A stretch of 64,000 bases of DNA. Source: Smithellaceae bacterium. Its GTDB lineage: Bacteria > Desulfobacterota > Syntrophia > Syntrophales > Smithellaceae. A program made the position numbers and the translations under genes. Under the pieces are notes generated by a model that saw only the letters and a list, made by a program, of their open reading frames with translations, was not told the DNA's origin and ran no database searches. The stretch lies in assembly GCA_963667845.2 (NCBI GenBank), contig CAXXVL010000002.1:224001-288000 (forward strand), read 5' to 3'. This document shows positions 1 to 9,802 of this stretch, in pieces. Every line of letters begins with the position of its first letter. Within the stretch, counting starts at the first letter, position 1.

Positions 1-891
1 CAGCGTGAGATCGTCTTCGCAGTGCATCGCCTCTACTACGGTATTCTGATCGCCGAGAAGCAGAAAGAGACGGCCGGAGCCGCCGTCGCCCAGGCGACGG
101 AAAATCTGCGCGACGCCGAAAATGCTTTTCAGGCGGGCAGTGTCCTGGATGTTGCCGTCCTCGGCAGCCGGACGCTGTTATTGCAAAACAGGCAGTCCCA
201 GCTTGCGGCTCAGATCCAGATCGAAGACCTGGTAGCGGAAATGAACCATTTGCTGGGGTTCCCCCCCGAAACGGAGCTTGTCCTCGAGGACGTCGCGATG
301 CCTGACGACGTCGTTCTGTCACGGTCGGACTACTTGCAAAATGCGCTCACGCTGAACCCGGAAATCCTGGCCGCGAGGGAGCTCGTCACCAAGACGCAAA
401 ACGGCATCGCAGCCGCTTATTACGACTATCTGCCGGAGATTTCGCTTTTCGCGCGACACACTTACCAGGACTTTGTTCCCTTTGTCACCCGCAACATCGG
501 CACGTACGGCGCCATGATGACGTGGAACATGTTTGACTGGGGCAAGCGTCATGCCGTCATTCGTCAACGAAAAGAATTGCACGTGCAGGCCCAGTTAAAT
601 CTGTCGCGGCTGGAAAAGCGGCTGGGGGTCGACGTGGACAAAGCTTATCGGAAACTTGATCAGACGAAAATGATGATCGATGTGGCAAGCGATGCGCTCA
701 CGCTGCAGAAAGAAAATTTGCGCTTAAGCGAGAATCGGCTCAAGGCCGGCACAATCACCGAAGCGAAGCATGCCGAAGCCATAGCCCAGATCCGGAAGGC
801 GGAAGCGGACCTGCTTTCGGCCACACTGGCCTACCGGCTCGCCCTGGCGGAAATCAACAGGACCGCGGGAAAAGATGAATACGGCCATTGA
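1..891 (+). CDS. TolC-family outer membrane efflux protein, 5'-truncated by window edge
   Basis: Frame is open from base 1; amphipathic helices and 'YLPEISL...WNMFDWG' typical of OEP repeats. Confidence 0.85.
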   Translation, partial: QREIVFAVHRLYYGILIAEKQKETAGAAVAQATENLRDAENAFQAGSVLDVAVLGSRTLLLQNRQSQLAAQIQIEDLVAEMNHLLGFPPETELVLEDVAMPDDVVLSRSDYLQNALTLNPEILAARELVTKTQNGIAAAYYDYLPEISLFARHTYQDFVPFVTRNIGTYGAMMTWNMFDWGKRHAVIRQRKELHVQAQLNLSRLEKRLGVDVDKAYRKLDQTKMMIDVASDALTLQKENLRLSENRLKAGTITEAKHAEAIAQIRKAEADLLSATLAYRLALAEINRTAGKDEYGH

Positions 892-975
892 AGAAATGAA
901 GCCGCCCGCCGCTCACCGGATATCGGGGACATCCCCGTTTCATCGGGCATCACCCGGGGTCAGCTAATCTTGACT

Positions 976-1896
976 CTATGGTTCAACAAGAATTTTGATC
1001 GCGGTTTTGCTTTTCCCGGCCAGAACCTCAAAGCCGCTTTTGGCGATGTCGGCCAGCGGAATAATATCCGTGATGATGCTCTCGGGCCGGATAGTCCCTG
1101 TTGCCAACCATTTCATCGCCAGAGGGGGGTTGATGAAATTGGTGCCGATCATCGTCGTTTCGCGGGTCACAAATCCCAGCATATGAACAGCGGCCCGTTC
1201 GGTGAAGATGCCCTGAACAATCACCATTCCCTGGTAGCGCACCGAGGCCAGGCAATCCTTGAGTGTCGCCTCGATCCCGACGGCTTCGATGGATACATCC
1301 GCGCCGCGCCCGCCTGTCAGTTCCTTGATCTTTGCCGGACTCTTGACTTCCGCGGGATTCCAGACCAGCGTTGCGCCCAGCTCCTGGGCTTTCTGCCGCC
1401 GATTCTCCAAAACGTCCGTGATGTAAATATTTTGAACTCCCATCGCCTTGAGGCCCAGGAGCAGCATCAGACCGACCGTTCCGGCACCGGCAATAAAAAC
1501 CGTGTCCGACGGCTGCACATGACCACGGTCAATCGCGTAGGCCGCGCCGGACAAGGGTTCCAGCACAACGGCCCTCAGCCACTCCATGTCGTCCGGAATT
1601 TTTAAAAGCCGCTCCGTGGGACAGACAACAGCTTCGGCGTAAGCACCGGGAACCAGCGTGCAGACGCGTTCGCCCACGGCAAACCCTTTTACATCGGGCC
1701 CCACGGCCTCAATCGTTCCGCAGGCCTCATGACCGAAGGGACTGAGCGGAAAGGGACCGTGCAGGTACTCGTGCAGATCCGAGCCGCAGATTCCGCAATA
1801 TTTGATTTTAACTTTCACTTCGCCTTTGCCCGGCACCGGGTCGGGAACTTCTTCCACGGTGATGTCACGGATACCGTGATAAATCGTTTTTTTCAT
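976..1896 (-). CDS. Zn-dependent medium-chain alcohol dehydrogenase (butanediol/sorbitol DH-like)
   Basis: GICGSDLH and GHE catalytic Zn motifs; GAGTVG Rossmann motif. Confidence 0.9.
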   Translation of the reverse strand: MKKTIYHGIRDITVEEVPDPVPGKGEVKVKIKYCGICGSDLHEYLHGPFPLSPFGHEACGTIEAVGPDVKGFAVGERVCTLVPGAYAEAVVCPTERLLKIPDDMEWLRAVVLEPLSGAAYAIDRGHVQPSDTVFIAGAGTVGLMLLLGLKAMGVQNIYITDVLENRRQKAQELGATLVWNPAEVKSPAKIKELTGGRGADVSIEAVGIEATLKDCLASVRYQGMVIVQGIFTERAAVHMLGFVTRETTMIGTNFINPPLAMKWLATGTIRPESIITDIIPLADIAKSGFEVLAGKSKTAIKILVEP

Positions 1897-2010
1897 CGAA
1901 TCATTTTCTCCAAAATTATTATTTTATTTTTTTCAATTCAGACCGAGGACGCTCTGTTTAAGACCTTTCGGCTGGACTTTCCGTACAGTGCCTGCAATAG
2001 GATCGCACCG

Positions 2011-2397
2011 TCAGTCGTGGCGGTGCATCTCGGGCAGTCCGAAGCGCGCCAGGGTATCTTCTTCGAAGTCGAACTCGATCAGTACGGCCGTCTCCTCGCC
2101 CATGACAAAGGCCTCATGGCCCGGTTCGATGAAAACGACCTCAGGGGCCACAAAATCCCGGGTGCAGCCGTCCTGGAAAAGAAATCGCAGCCGGCCCTGG
2201 GCCAGAAACTCGACATGCCCGTGCATGCACAGTTCGGTTGTCACAATGGGCTTGATGTCTTTTGACCACCGGAAACCGGGCGGGTAGATCATGCGCTTCA
2301 CGCGGCCCAGACCTGCCGGGACGGTATCTTGCTGCATGGTGCCGATTTGCCGATGATCGGCCCCCGGCAGTACATCGAGAAGGGGATCTGTAATCAT
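2011..2397 (-). CDS. Cupin-domain protein
   Basis: 'YPPGFRWSKDIKP..TELC.HGH' and 'IEPGHEA.V.G' cupin pattern; start moved to the ATG of MITDP. Confidence 0.75.
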   Translation of the reverse strand: MITDPLLDVLPGADHRQIGTMQQDTVPAGLGRVKRMIYPPGFRWSKDIKPIVTTELCMHGHVEFLAQGRLRFLFQDGCTRDFVAPEVVFIEPGHEAFVMGEETAVLIEFDFEEDTLARFGLPEMHRHD

Positions 2398-2439
2398 TGC
2401 TCGTTTCCTTTCACCAGGCAGGACAAAGACCCGCTGTTG

Positions 2440-2541
2440 AATCAACCACCTCGCAGCAAGCCGCCAAGGCATGAAATGAACGTTATTATATCGCAACAAG
2501 CTACGCAGAATCAACTCTCATCCCGCTTGAGCGGGATTGAA
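2440..2541. repeat. Dispersed hairpin repeat, copy 1 (with internal duplication)
   Basis: AATCAACCACCTCGCAGCAAG...GCAACAAGCTACGCAGAATCAAC...ATCCCGC-TTGA-GCGGGATT; similar to 3910-3971 and 62623-62684. Confidence 0.8.
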
Positions 2542-2657
2542 GCTCTTCGGCAGACCGCCTGCGAACTTTCGCTTCCCGGCGAACAACAGCATTCCTCATG
2601 CACGCGATTTCACTGCAGTCCGACCACAGGCAATGGCCTCGTGCGGGATTCAATCCC

Positions 2658-3650
2658 TTAAACCGGGACAAAATCGGCTGATCGAACTTCTTTGAGCTTC
2701 AGGGCTTCCGTCGGGCAGACGACGGTGCAGACACCACAGCCCAGGCACTTTTCCGGATCGACGGCGGCAAGATCGTCCTTTATGGTCAACGCGTCAAAGA
2801 AGCACCTTTCGACACATGTTTCGCAACCGGCGCAGAGATCAACATCGACGACGGCCGAGAACCGGCTGGGCGCCACCCATTTTTTCGGTCCTTTCATGAT
2901 CGCCCAGTTGAGGCAGCAGTCATCACAACAATTACAAATCACGTGGCCGACCGTCTGGCGATTGTCAACCACATGTACCAGTCCTTCTTCCCGGCACTTC
3001 TTCAGAATTTCAACAGCCTCGTTTTTGGACAACGCCCGTCCCGTGCCCCGCTCGATATTGTATTCGGCGGCGCGGTCCACCTGCATGCAGACTTCCAGCG
3101 GCTTTTTGCAATTGCCGGAAATCACACGGCAGGAGCAATTGGTGACCGACAGAATTTTGGCATCCATAATAATTTTCACGACATCGTCGTAGGCCAGGAT
3201 TTGCGACTGCGGCTCAATGCTTTCATTGACGGGAACGACCCGCATGATGGACCCGGGCAGAATATCCATGATCTTACTGCCGTACTCGGGCCATTCCTTC
3301 TGCATATACTCATGCCAGAGGTCGAGGATGTGCCTGGATATCCCCGGGGTCAGGCTTGTCGAATCGTGCATCTGCGGAATGGTTTTGACGCGGTAGAATT
3401 TCTTTTCGCCGCCCTTGGTGGCTTTAAAGATCAGGCCGCGGTGGAACAGAGAATCCATCATCGCCGCGATAGTCTCCCGGGACAATCCGGATTTCTCCGC
3501 CAACTCCTCGACCGTTGCCGGCGGCGCCGCCAGCAGCATAACCTTGGCCTCGTCATCGTTGACGAGCGCCTCAAAGATCCGGGGAACGAGCGGCGACTCT
3601 CCCGCTCCGACCGCCTCGGCCAGCTTCTTGCACAATGCCATATCGACCAT
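2658..3650 (-). CDS. HTH plus Cys-cluster plus 2x[4Fe-4S] ferredoxin-domain protein
   Basis: N-terminal winged-helix-like segment, CxCR, CNCCDDCC, two CxxCxxCxxxC motifs. Confidence 0.85.
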   Translation of the reverse strand: MVDMALCKKLAEAVGAGESPLVPRIFEALVNDDEAKVMLLAAPPATVEELAEKSGLSRETIAAMMDSLFHRGLIFKATKGGEKKFYRVKTIPQMHDSTSLTPGISRHILDLWHEYMQKEWPEYGSKIMDILPGSIMRVVPVNESIEPQSQILAYDDVVKIIMDAKILSVTNCSCRVISGNCKKPLEVCMQVDRAAEYNIERGTGRALSKNEAVEILKKCREEGLVHVVDNRQTVGHVICNCCDDCCLNWAIMKGPKKWVAPSRFSAVVDVDLCAGCETCVERCFFDALTIKDDLAAVDPEKCLGCGVCTVVCPTEALKLKEVRSADFVPV

Positions 3651-3685
3651 AGTAATCTGTCCTCCAATTCCGATAATTGATGGAA

Positions 3686-3714
3686 AGTATCGGGAAAAAT
3701 GTTCTTCGTGTCAA
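3686..3714 (-). promoter_or_regulatory. sigma70-type promoter for 2658..3650
   Basis: TTGACA-N17-GATACT on the minus strand. Confidence 0.6.
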
Positions 3715-3909
3715 GAACAAACGCTTGTTTCGCATAAAATGCAATATATCTCTTATGGTTACGCATTGAGATCAATCGTATTCTCCGAAGCATGAGCGCA
3801 AGAGGTCAAAGATGACGAACCAGGGGCAGATCAGGGACCTTGGCGACAAATTCGTTGCTGCTTGATTGCCTGAAGCATACCGACGCCAGGGACAGCTCTT
3901 CCTTTTCTC

Positions 3910-3971
3910 AATCAACCACCTCGCAGCAAACTGCGGAGAATTAACGCTCGCCCCGCGCGAGCGGGATTAAA
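3910..3971. repeat. Dispersed hairpin repeat, copy 2
   Basis: AATCAACCACCTCGCAGCAAACTGCGGAGAATTAACGCTCGCCCCGCGCGAGCGGGATTAAA. Confidence 0.8.
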
Positions 3972-4034
3972 TAAAATATTGCAGCCGGACCGAATGAAAG
4001 TCCGTCTTGTCTTCACGCCCGCTTCACGTCCCGA

Positions 4035-5081
4035 TCAGATAATTTCCCTGAGATAGTATTCCTCATACATCTGCCAGACGGCCATGGCCAGGGACATGAT
4101 GATCGGACCGATGATAAACCCCGTAAATCCGAAGACGATGATCCCGCCCATGGTAGAGAGGAAGATCAGCAGGGGGTGCATGGAGACATCCTTGCCCAGA
4201 AGGATCGGACGAAGAAAATGGTCCACCATGCTTATGACCAGGGCACCGAAGGCCAGGATAAAGATACCGGTCCAGAGATGCCCCATGACCATCATGAGGA
4301 TGCCGGCAGGAGCCCAGATCAGGGCGCAGCCGACGACGGGAATGACGGCGGTAATGATCATCACCACTCCCCAGAGGATCGCCCCCTGAATACCCGTGAA
4401 AAGGAAGAGCAGCCCCCCGAGAATGCCCTGGATGCCCCCGATAATCAAGGTCACCTTGAGCGTGGAGTTTGCGGTCTTCTGGAAGTGCGCCAGGAGGATT
4501 CTGTCTCTGTCGTCCTCGAGCGGCAGGAGTCGCAGAACCGTATCGATAAACGTCCGCCCGTCCCGGATAAAATAAAATAACGCATAGAGCATGACGCCCA
4601 CTTGAACAAAAAATTGCAGCGTATTTTGTGTGAAACTTTTCAGACTTTCGAAAAAATAACCGGCGACACCTTTGGAAATCTCCGTAATTTTCTGAGTCAG
4701 AGCCGCATCGTCGAGGTTTAAGCTGTCCGTGTAAGGATTGTGTTTAATCAGTTGCATCAATTTTTGGACATAGGCATTGATCTGACTGTTGTCATTGGAA
4801 ATACCCTGGTAGATGCCCATCGATTCCTTAAACAGCAGACTGATGATGAAACCGAAAGGAATAATAAAGATGAGGCAAATCAAAACAAGTACAATCGTCG
4901 CGCTGAGACTGGGCCTGTGCAGCTTCTTTTCCACTCTTTTATAAACGGGCATGAAGAGCCCCGCCAGGATCACGGCCCAGAAAATGGCGTAGATGAACGG
5001 CTTCATGATAAAGAAAACCGCGACGGTAACAACGAGCAGGATGACGAAAAAAAGGACGGTCTGCGCTTTGGGCTTTTGCAT
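4035..5081 (-). CDS. AI-2E family transporter (PerM/YdiK-like)
   Basis: Multi-TM protein with 'DHFLRP.LLG..V.MHPLLIFLS.MGG...FG..GFIIGP'; start set at MQKPK, downstream of GGGAGGAG. Confidence 0.9.
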   Translation of the reverse strand: MQKPKAQTVLFFVILLVVTVAVFFIMKPFIYAIFWAVILAGLFMPVYKRVEKKLHRPSLSATIVLVLICLIFIIPFGFIISLLFKESMGIYQGISNDNSQINAYVQKLMQLIKHNPYTDSLNLDDAALTQKITEISKGVAGYFFESLKSFTQNTLQFFVQVGVMLYALFYFIRDGRTFIDTVLRLLPLEDDRDRILLAHFQKTANSTLKVTLIIGGIQGILGGLLFLFTGIQGAILWGVVMIITAVIPVVGCALIWAPAGILMMVMGHLWTGIFILAFGALVISMVDHFLRPILLGKDVSMHPLLIFLSTMGGIIVFGFTGFIIGPIIMSLAMAVWQMYEEYYLREII

Positions 5082-5443
5082 ATGCGGATGCTCCTCCCGT
5101 TTGATGTTGCCTATTATAACAGATTCTTTACCGAAGGACAGCATTCCGTTTATCGGGATAGAACCGGTCCGGATATTTTCCAATCGGCTGTGTGCACTTT
5201 GCAGCCCTGCGATTTCACACGGGGCAAAGCGGCGAAAAACAGAAAGTTGCTCCTTTGCTGACTTCGGCCGGAATTCCGGAAGAAATGAAGCTCCTTTTTT
5301 CTTCCGCGCCGGCAACTGCATTCGCCATCCAATATATCCTTGACTTGCCGGAGTTATTCTTCTATTTTTCCGCCATTACTCTGGGAAATGATTTTGCGCC
5401 GCATGACTGCCCCGCATTGAATAACCATGGATAAGGATAACCG

Positions 5444-7450
5444 ATGATGAATGGCCGCATCCCGGAAAATGAAGCATTCCGGCCCGAGCTTCAGGGATTA
5501 CAAAATATAGATGAATCCCAGTATCATGTGATTCTGAACCATGTCAACGATCCGGTCTTCATTCACCACCTGCCCCGAGACCGGAATATACCGGAAAAAT
5601 TTATTGAGGTAAACGACGCCGCGTGCAGCGCGCTGGGATATACAAAGGAAGAATTGCTCCGGATGAGTCTTGCGGATATCGTCGCACCGGGGACGGCCGC
5701 CATGGCGCCCGTGAACATGGAAAAACTGTTCCGGAATAAGCGGGCCATATGGGAGGGAACGCACGTCAGCAGAGACGGCCGCAGAATACCCGTAGAAACG
5801 CACAATGTGCTCTTTTATCTCCATCGCCGGCCGGTGATTGTCTCCACGGCCAGAGACATCACGAAGCGCAAACAGGTCCAGGAAGAAATGCGCAAGAAGA
5901 CTGAAGAGCTGAAGTTCATTACCGAGCATGTGGGCGACATCATCTGGCAGATGGACTCGAGTGTTTATTTTACCTACGTCAGCCCGGCCATTGAAAAAAT
6001 CCTGGGCTACCGGCCTCAGGAAGTTGTCGGTCAAAACCTGTTTTCGTTCCTTACACCGCTGGGAGCAGAGATGGTCTCGGCTGTTTGGCTGGAATGGTAT
6101 CAGCAACTCTCTTCGGGCGTCCAACGCGACGAGCTTCTTTTCGAAATGGAAACCGTTCGGAAGGATGGCCGTATCATCTGGATGGAAGTACAGGCGCGTC
6201 CTCTGATCGACCGTGACGGCGTAATTATCCAGTACCACGGCGTCTCAAGGGATATCACGCACCGCCGCCAGGGGGAGCAGGAGCGCCGGCAGTTGAGGGA
6301 GAGGCTGGTGCGCGCGGAAAAAATGGAATCCCTCGGGATTCTGGCGGGAGGCGTTGCCCATGACCTCAACAACGTGATCGGGGTTATTGTCGGATATGCA
6401 GAATTGTTATTGCAAAGAATTCCTCCGGACGATCCCCTCAGCCGGTATGCCGCAAACATCGTCAGATCCAGCGAGAAAAGTGCGGCTATCATCTCGGACC
6501 TTCTGGCTCTGGGCCGCAGAGGGGTAACGGTTCGCAAAGTCATAAATTTAAATGCTGTTATTGGGGAATATCTCCAGTCGCCCGAGTTCGCAAAATTGAA
6601 ATCGTATCATCCGGACATCCTTTTCAGAGCCGATCTTGCCCAGGACGTCATGCCCATCGAAGCCACGTCTGTTCATATCAGTAAGACCGTTATGAATCTC
6701 ATGTCGAATGCCGCGGAAGCCATTGCCGCAGACGGAAATGTGGTCATCAGGACGCGGAAACGTTCCCTGGACGAGCCGCAACCGGGGTATGATGAAATTC
6801 AACCGGGGGATTATGTCGTGATGACGGTATCCGACAACGGCAAGGGTATTTCCCGAGAGGACATCGGAAAGATATTTGAGCCCTTCTATACAAAAAAAGT
6901 CATGGGCCGGAGCGGAACAGGTCTGGGGCTGGCCATCGTCTGGGGGACGGTGAAAGATCACGGCGGCTTTATCGACGTACAAACCGAGGATGGGAAAGGA
7001 AGCTCTTTTTCTATCTTCTTTCCGGCCGCCTGCGGAGAGATCGAAACCGACGACAGGAAGGCTGAGCCTGCGTCCTATAAGGGCCGGGGGGAATCCATTC
7101 TGGTCGTGGATGACGTTCCGGATCAAAGAGAAGTCTCCGTCGCGATGCTGAAAAACCTGGGCTATAAAGTCCTGACCGCATCCGGCGGAGAGGAAGCTAT
7201 TGTCTATCTCGGCACCCATGATGTTGACCTGGTGGTGATCGACATGATCATGGCTCCGGGCATGGACGGTTTGGATGCGTACAAGGAAATCATCAGGATC
7301 CGCCCCCGGCAGAAGGCAATTATCGTCAGCGGTTTCTCCGAAACGGATCGCGTGAGAGAAGCCCGGCAACTGGGGGTGGGAGCCTATCTCCATAAGCCTT
7401 ACACGCTGGAGAAGATCGGCCTGGCGATCCGAGGCGAACTCGACCGGTGA
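5444..7450 (+). CDS. PAS-PAS hybrid sensor histidine kinase/response regulator
   Basis: Two PAS/PAC domains, H-box 'GGVAHDLNN', G-boxes 'DNGKG' and 'GTGLGL', C-terminal receiver. Confidence 0.95.
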   Translation: MMNGRIPENEAFRPELQGLQNIDESQYHVILNHVNDPVFIHHLPRDRNIPEKFIEVNDAACSALGYTKEELLRMSLADIVAPGTAAMAPVNMEKLFRNKRAIWEGTHVSRDGRRIPVETHNVLFYLHRRPVIVSTARDITKRKQVQEEMRKKTEELKFITEHVGDIIWQMDSSVYFTYVSPAIEKILGYRPQEVVGQNLFSFLTPLGAEMVSAVWLEWYQQLSSGVQRDELLFEMETVRKDGRIIWMEVQARPLIDRDGVIIQYHGVSRDITHRRQGEQERRQLRERLVRAEKMESLGILAGGVAHDLNNVIGVIVGYAELLLQRIPPDDPLSRYAANIVRSSEKSAAIISDLLALGRRGVTVRKVINLNAVIGEYLQSPEFAKLKSYHPDILFRADLAQDVMPIEATSVHISKTVMNLMSNAAEAIAADGNVVIRTRKRSLDEPQPGYDEIQPGDYVVMTVSDNGKGISREDIGKIFEPFYTKKVMGRSGTGLGLAIVWGTVKDHGGFIDVQTEDGKGSSFSIFFPAACGEIETDDRKAEPASYKGRGESILVVDDVPDQREVSVAMLKNLGYKVLTASGGEEAIVYLGTHDVDLVVIDMIMAPGMDGLDAYKEIIRIRPRQKAIIVSGFSETDRVREARQLGVGAYLHKPYTLEKIGLAIRGELDR

Positions 7451-7532
7451 TTCCACTTACCGGCGGCCGCGTCACCAGCCCGGGACAAATCCGGAGCGAA
7501 GCCGCTTCAACAGAAGTTCATCCCTTGGCGAT

Positions 7533-8126
7533 TCAGTGAACGGGGAATACGGCGAAGATCACGGCGCTCCAGACCGAGTGGGAAATAATCACCATCGTCA
7601 GATCCCGTTTCCACAAATAGAGCGCACCCCAAAACGCACCGGCGACGTATGCCGCCATCGTGAGCATAAAGTTCAGAGAAAAAATGTGGATGCTGCCGTA
7701 GATAAATGTTGTGAGAATAAAGCCGGCAACGTTGCCGTATTTGCCCATCAGGTTTTCCTGCAGAAAACCGCGCCAGAAGATTTCTTCACCGGGACCGGTG
7801 ATTAATAAAAGCAGAAAAAAGATGAGCGTTTTGTTCGTATTCATCCCCATGCCGTAAATGCCGCCCACCTGCGTGGTCGCGTGCGGAACGATGTAGGGTG
7901 AAAGAACAAAGCCCAGATAAAAGATGCCGTAAAGAACGGCCGCGGATATCAGGCCGATGACGGCCGACCGGGGTGAAAAAATGATCTTCGGCTTTTGCCA
8001 GTAAAAGGAATAGGCGCAGATCAGCACAACGGAAAAACCGATTTTCGCCCAGAAGTTGCCCCAGGCCAGACCAAAGGTAAAAGCCCAGCACAGGATGGTC
8101 AGGGCAACCGCACCCCAGATCTTCAT
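7533..8126 (-). CDS. CPBP (Abi/CAAX type II) intramembrane metalloprotease
   Basis: 'EEIFWRG', 'YGSIH', 'SHSVW' motifs; start overlaps the upstream stop (ATGA). Confidence 0.9.
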   Translation of the reverse strand: MKIWGAVALTILCWAFTFGLAWGNFWAKIGFSVVLICAYSFYWQKPKIIFSPRSAVIGLISAAVLYGIFYLGFVLSPYIVPHATTQVGGIYGMGMNTNKTLIFFLLLLITGPGEEIFWRGFLQENLMGKYGNVAGFILTTFIYGSIHIFSLNFMLTMAAYVAGAFWGALYLWKRDLTMVIISHSVWSAVIFAVFPVH

Positions 8127-9016
8127 AGACGCACCATCCAATCGAGAAAGAGCGCCAGGATCAGAAGAACGCCGAACACCGTATCAAACTGGGCAGTCAA
8201 TGCGTCCGCCATATCCGGCGTTTCGCGCTTAAAGGTTTTCAGGAGACTCCAGGCTTTGGGCACGGAAAGAAAAATGATAAGTCCCCACAGACTCATCATG
8301 CCCAGGACGATCATGCCGAAAACATAAATGTAGGCGGCTAAAATCAGTCCGGCAAAGATCAGAAAACTATTCTTAAGTCCTACCATAATGCTGACCGTTT
8401 TTACATTTTGCCGGGAATCGAAAGCGATATCTCTCATGTTGTTGGCAAAAAGAACCAGTGCCACCAGAATGCCGAAAGGAACGGAAATAAGCAGCGGCTT
8501 CAGAGACAGGGTCTGGATTTGAACCGCGTAAGCGCCCGAAACCATCAAAGGGCCCCACATCAGAAAAACTGCAATCTCCCCCAGGGCGCGGTATTTAAAT
8601 TTGACCGGTCCCGCCGTATAGAAAACAGCCGTGGCGAGACCCACCATACCGATCCAGATGACATGCCATGATCTCATGAAAGCAATCACACAGCCGATGG
8701 CGGCCGTTAACGCGAACAGAACAATGGCCTCGGTCAAAACCTGTCTGGATGTCAGGATCCCGGAAATGATGGGCTGCGGCCGGTACTTTGCCGTGGGAGC
8801 ATCCGGTGTATCAATTTCATTCTTTGTATCAAAATAATCATTGATGACATTGGCTGCTGCGTGAAAGAAGACAATGCCGACGGCGGTGGCAATAAACCAC
8901 GGCCAGGATATCGGTCCGACCTCAGCGGCCAGAAGTGTGCCCACTGAAACGGAAATGAGCGACATGGTGAAGGACCAGGGTCTTGTCACAAGGATGTATT
9001 TACCAAACTGCTTCAT
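8123..9016 (-). CDS. menA: UbiA-family prenyltransferase, MenA (DHNA octaprenyltransferase)-like
   Basis: 'TRPWSF', 'NDYFD...ID', 'YTAGP..FKY.ALGE', 'NNMRD..FD....KT'. Confidence 0.8.
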   Translation of the reverse strand: MKQFGKYILVTRPWSFTMSLISVSVGTLLAAEVGPISWPWFIATAVGIVFFHAAANVINDYFDTKNEIDTPDAPTAKYRPQPIISGILTSRQVLTEAIVLFALTAAIGCVIAFMRSWHVIWIGMVGLATAVFYTAGPVKFKYRALGEIAVFLMWGPLMVSGAYAVQIQTLSLKPLLISVPFGILVALVLFANNMRDIAFDSRQNVKTVSIMVGLKNSFLIFAGLILAAYIYVFGMIVLGMMSLWGLIIFLSVPKAWSLLKTFKRETPDMADALTAQFDTVFGVLLILALFLDWMVRL

Positions 9017-9123
9017 AAACTTCTTTTCCTTTTGAAATCTTAATACCTTTTGTAATACCTTGTGGGGGTTGTCCCTGAAGAGTCATGCCGGACCTCACGA
9101 AGATGAAAACGACAAGGTGGCGA

Positions 9124-9152
9124 AGTTTAGTGATATCTATTTTCCGTGTCAA
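9124..9152 (-). promoter_or_regulatory. sigma70-type promoter for menA-CPBP
   Basis: TTGACA-N17-TAAACT on the minus strand. Confidence 0.65.
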
Positions 9153-9496
9153 GTTTTTTGTCATAAAGCGGCCCGACTTGCGAAAACAGGTGATCAGTCA
9201 TGCGCTGCCTGTTCGGCTGAGAAGGATCGGGTCCTCTTGACTCCATCGGGCCCAACAGACGGAAAATCGAAACAGGTTCAAATGATCATACAGGTCTGGC
9301 CATTGCTCCGGCGCAACCCTCCGTTCTGAATACGGGGCAGCTGTGTCTCTATGGTTCACATTGCGGCAGCACTCCAACGTTCGGTCATTTGGAGTAAGCG
9401 GATTGCGGAACCGGAGGGCGGAAACCGGTGCCGAGATCGATAAGTTAACCGCATGCCTCTATACCCGCAAAGGCCGCAAGAGAAGACCGCGGTCTA

Positions 9497-9802
9497 TCAA
9501 TTCGGGTATTCCACATATACATTTTTACCTTGCAGGCTCGGAAAACGCAAAACGCATTGATTCTTCCAATAGTCGTTGTTGGTGTCTTTATATCCGTCAC
9601 AGTGCCAGGGTCTGCAGTGATGAAATATTTTCCAACAGGTCGGGGTGTTGATCTCGCCTACGCGATGATAGTCAGCCGTATCCAGATTATTGGTTATGTA
9701 AAAGCACACTACCTTATCCGCACAGCTCAGTGTATATCCGGTGGCAGGAATGGTTAAGAGGGCAATCGCCATTGTCAGGGTGATCAGTAAAGTCTTTTTC
9801 AT
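9497..9802 (-). CDS. Small secreted Cys-rich hypothetical protein
   Basis: AAGGAGG RBS, signal peptide MKKTLLITLTMAIALL, six Cys in the mature part. Confidence 0.75.
   Translation of the reverse strand: MKKTLLITLTMAIALLTIPATGYTLSCADKVVCFYITNNLDTADYHRVGEINTPTCWKIFHHCRPWHCDGYKDTNNDYWKNQCVLRFPSLQGKNVYVEYPN

Noticed and set aside
4035..5321. Extended N-termini in the ORF track (also 14027..15982, 2011..2514, 9995..10402, 17329..17823)
   Set aside because: The extensions lack family-like sequence, or overlap other genes or repeats; downstream ATGs with an RBS fit better.
9180..9490. ~300-bp GC-rich gap with ORFs 9060..9329 and 9343..9651
   Set aside because: No RBS, no protein-like motifs, and no convincing fold or repeat that I can support.
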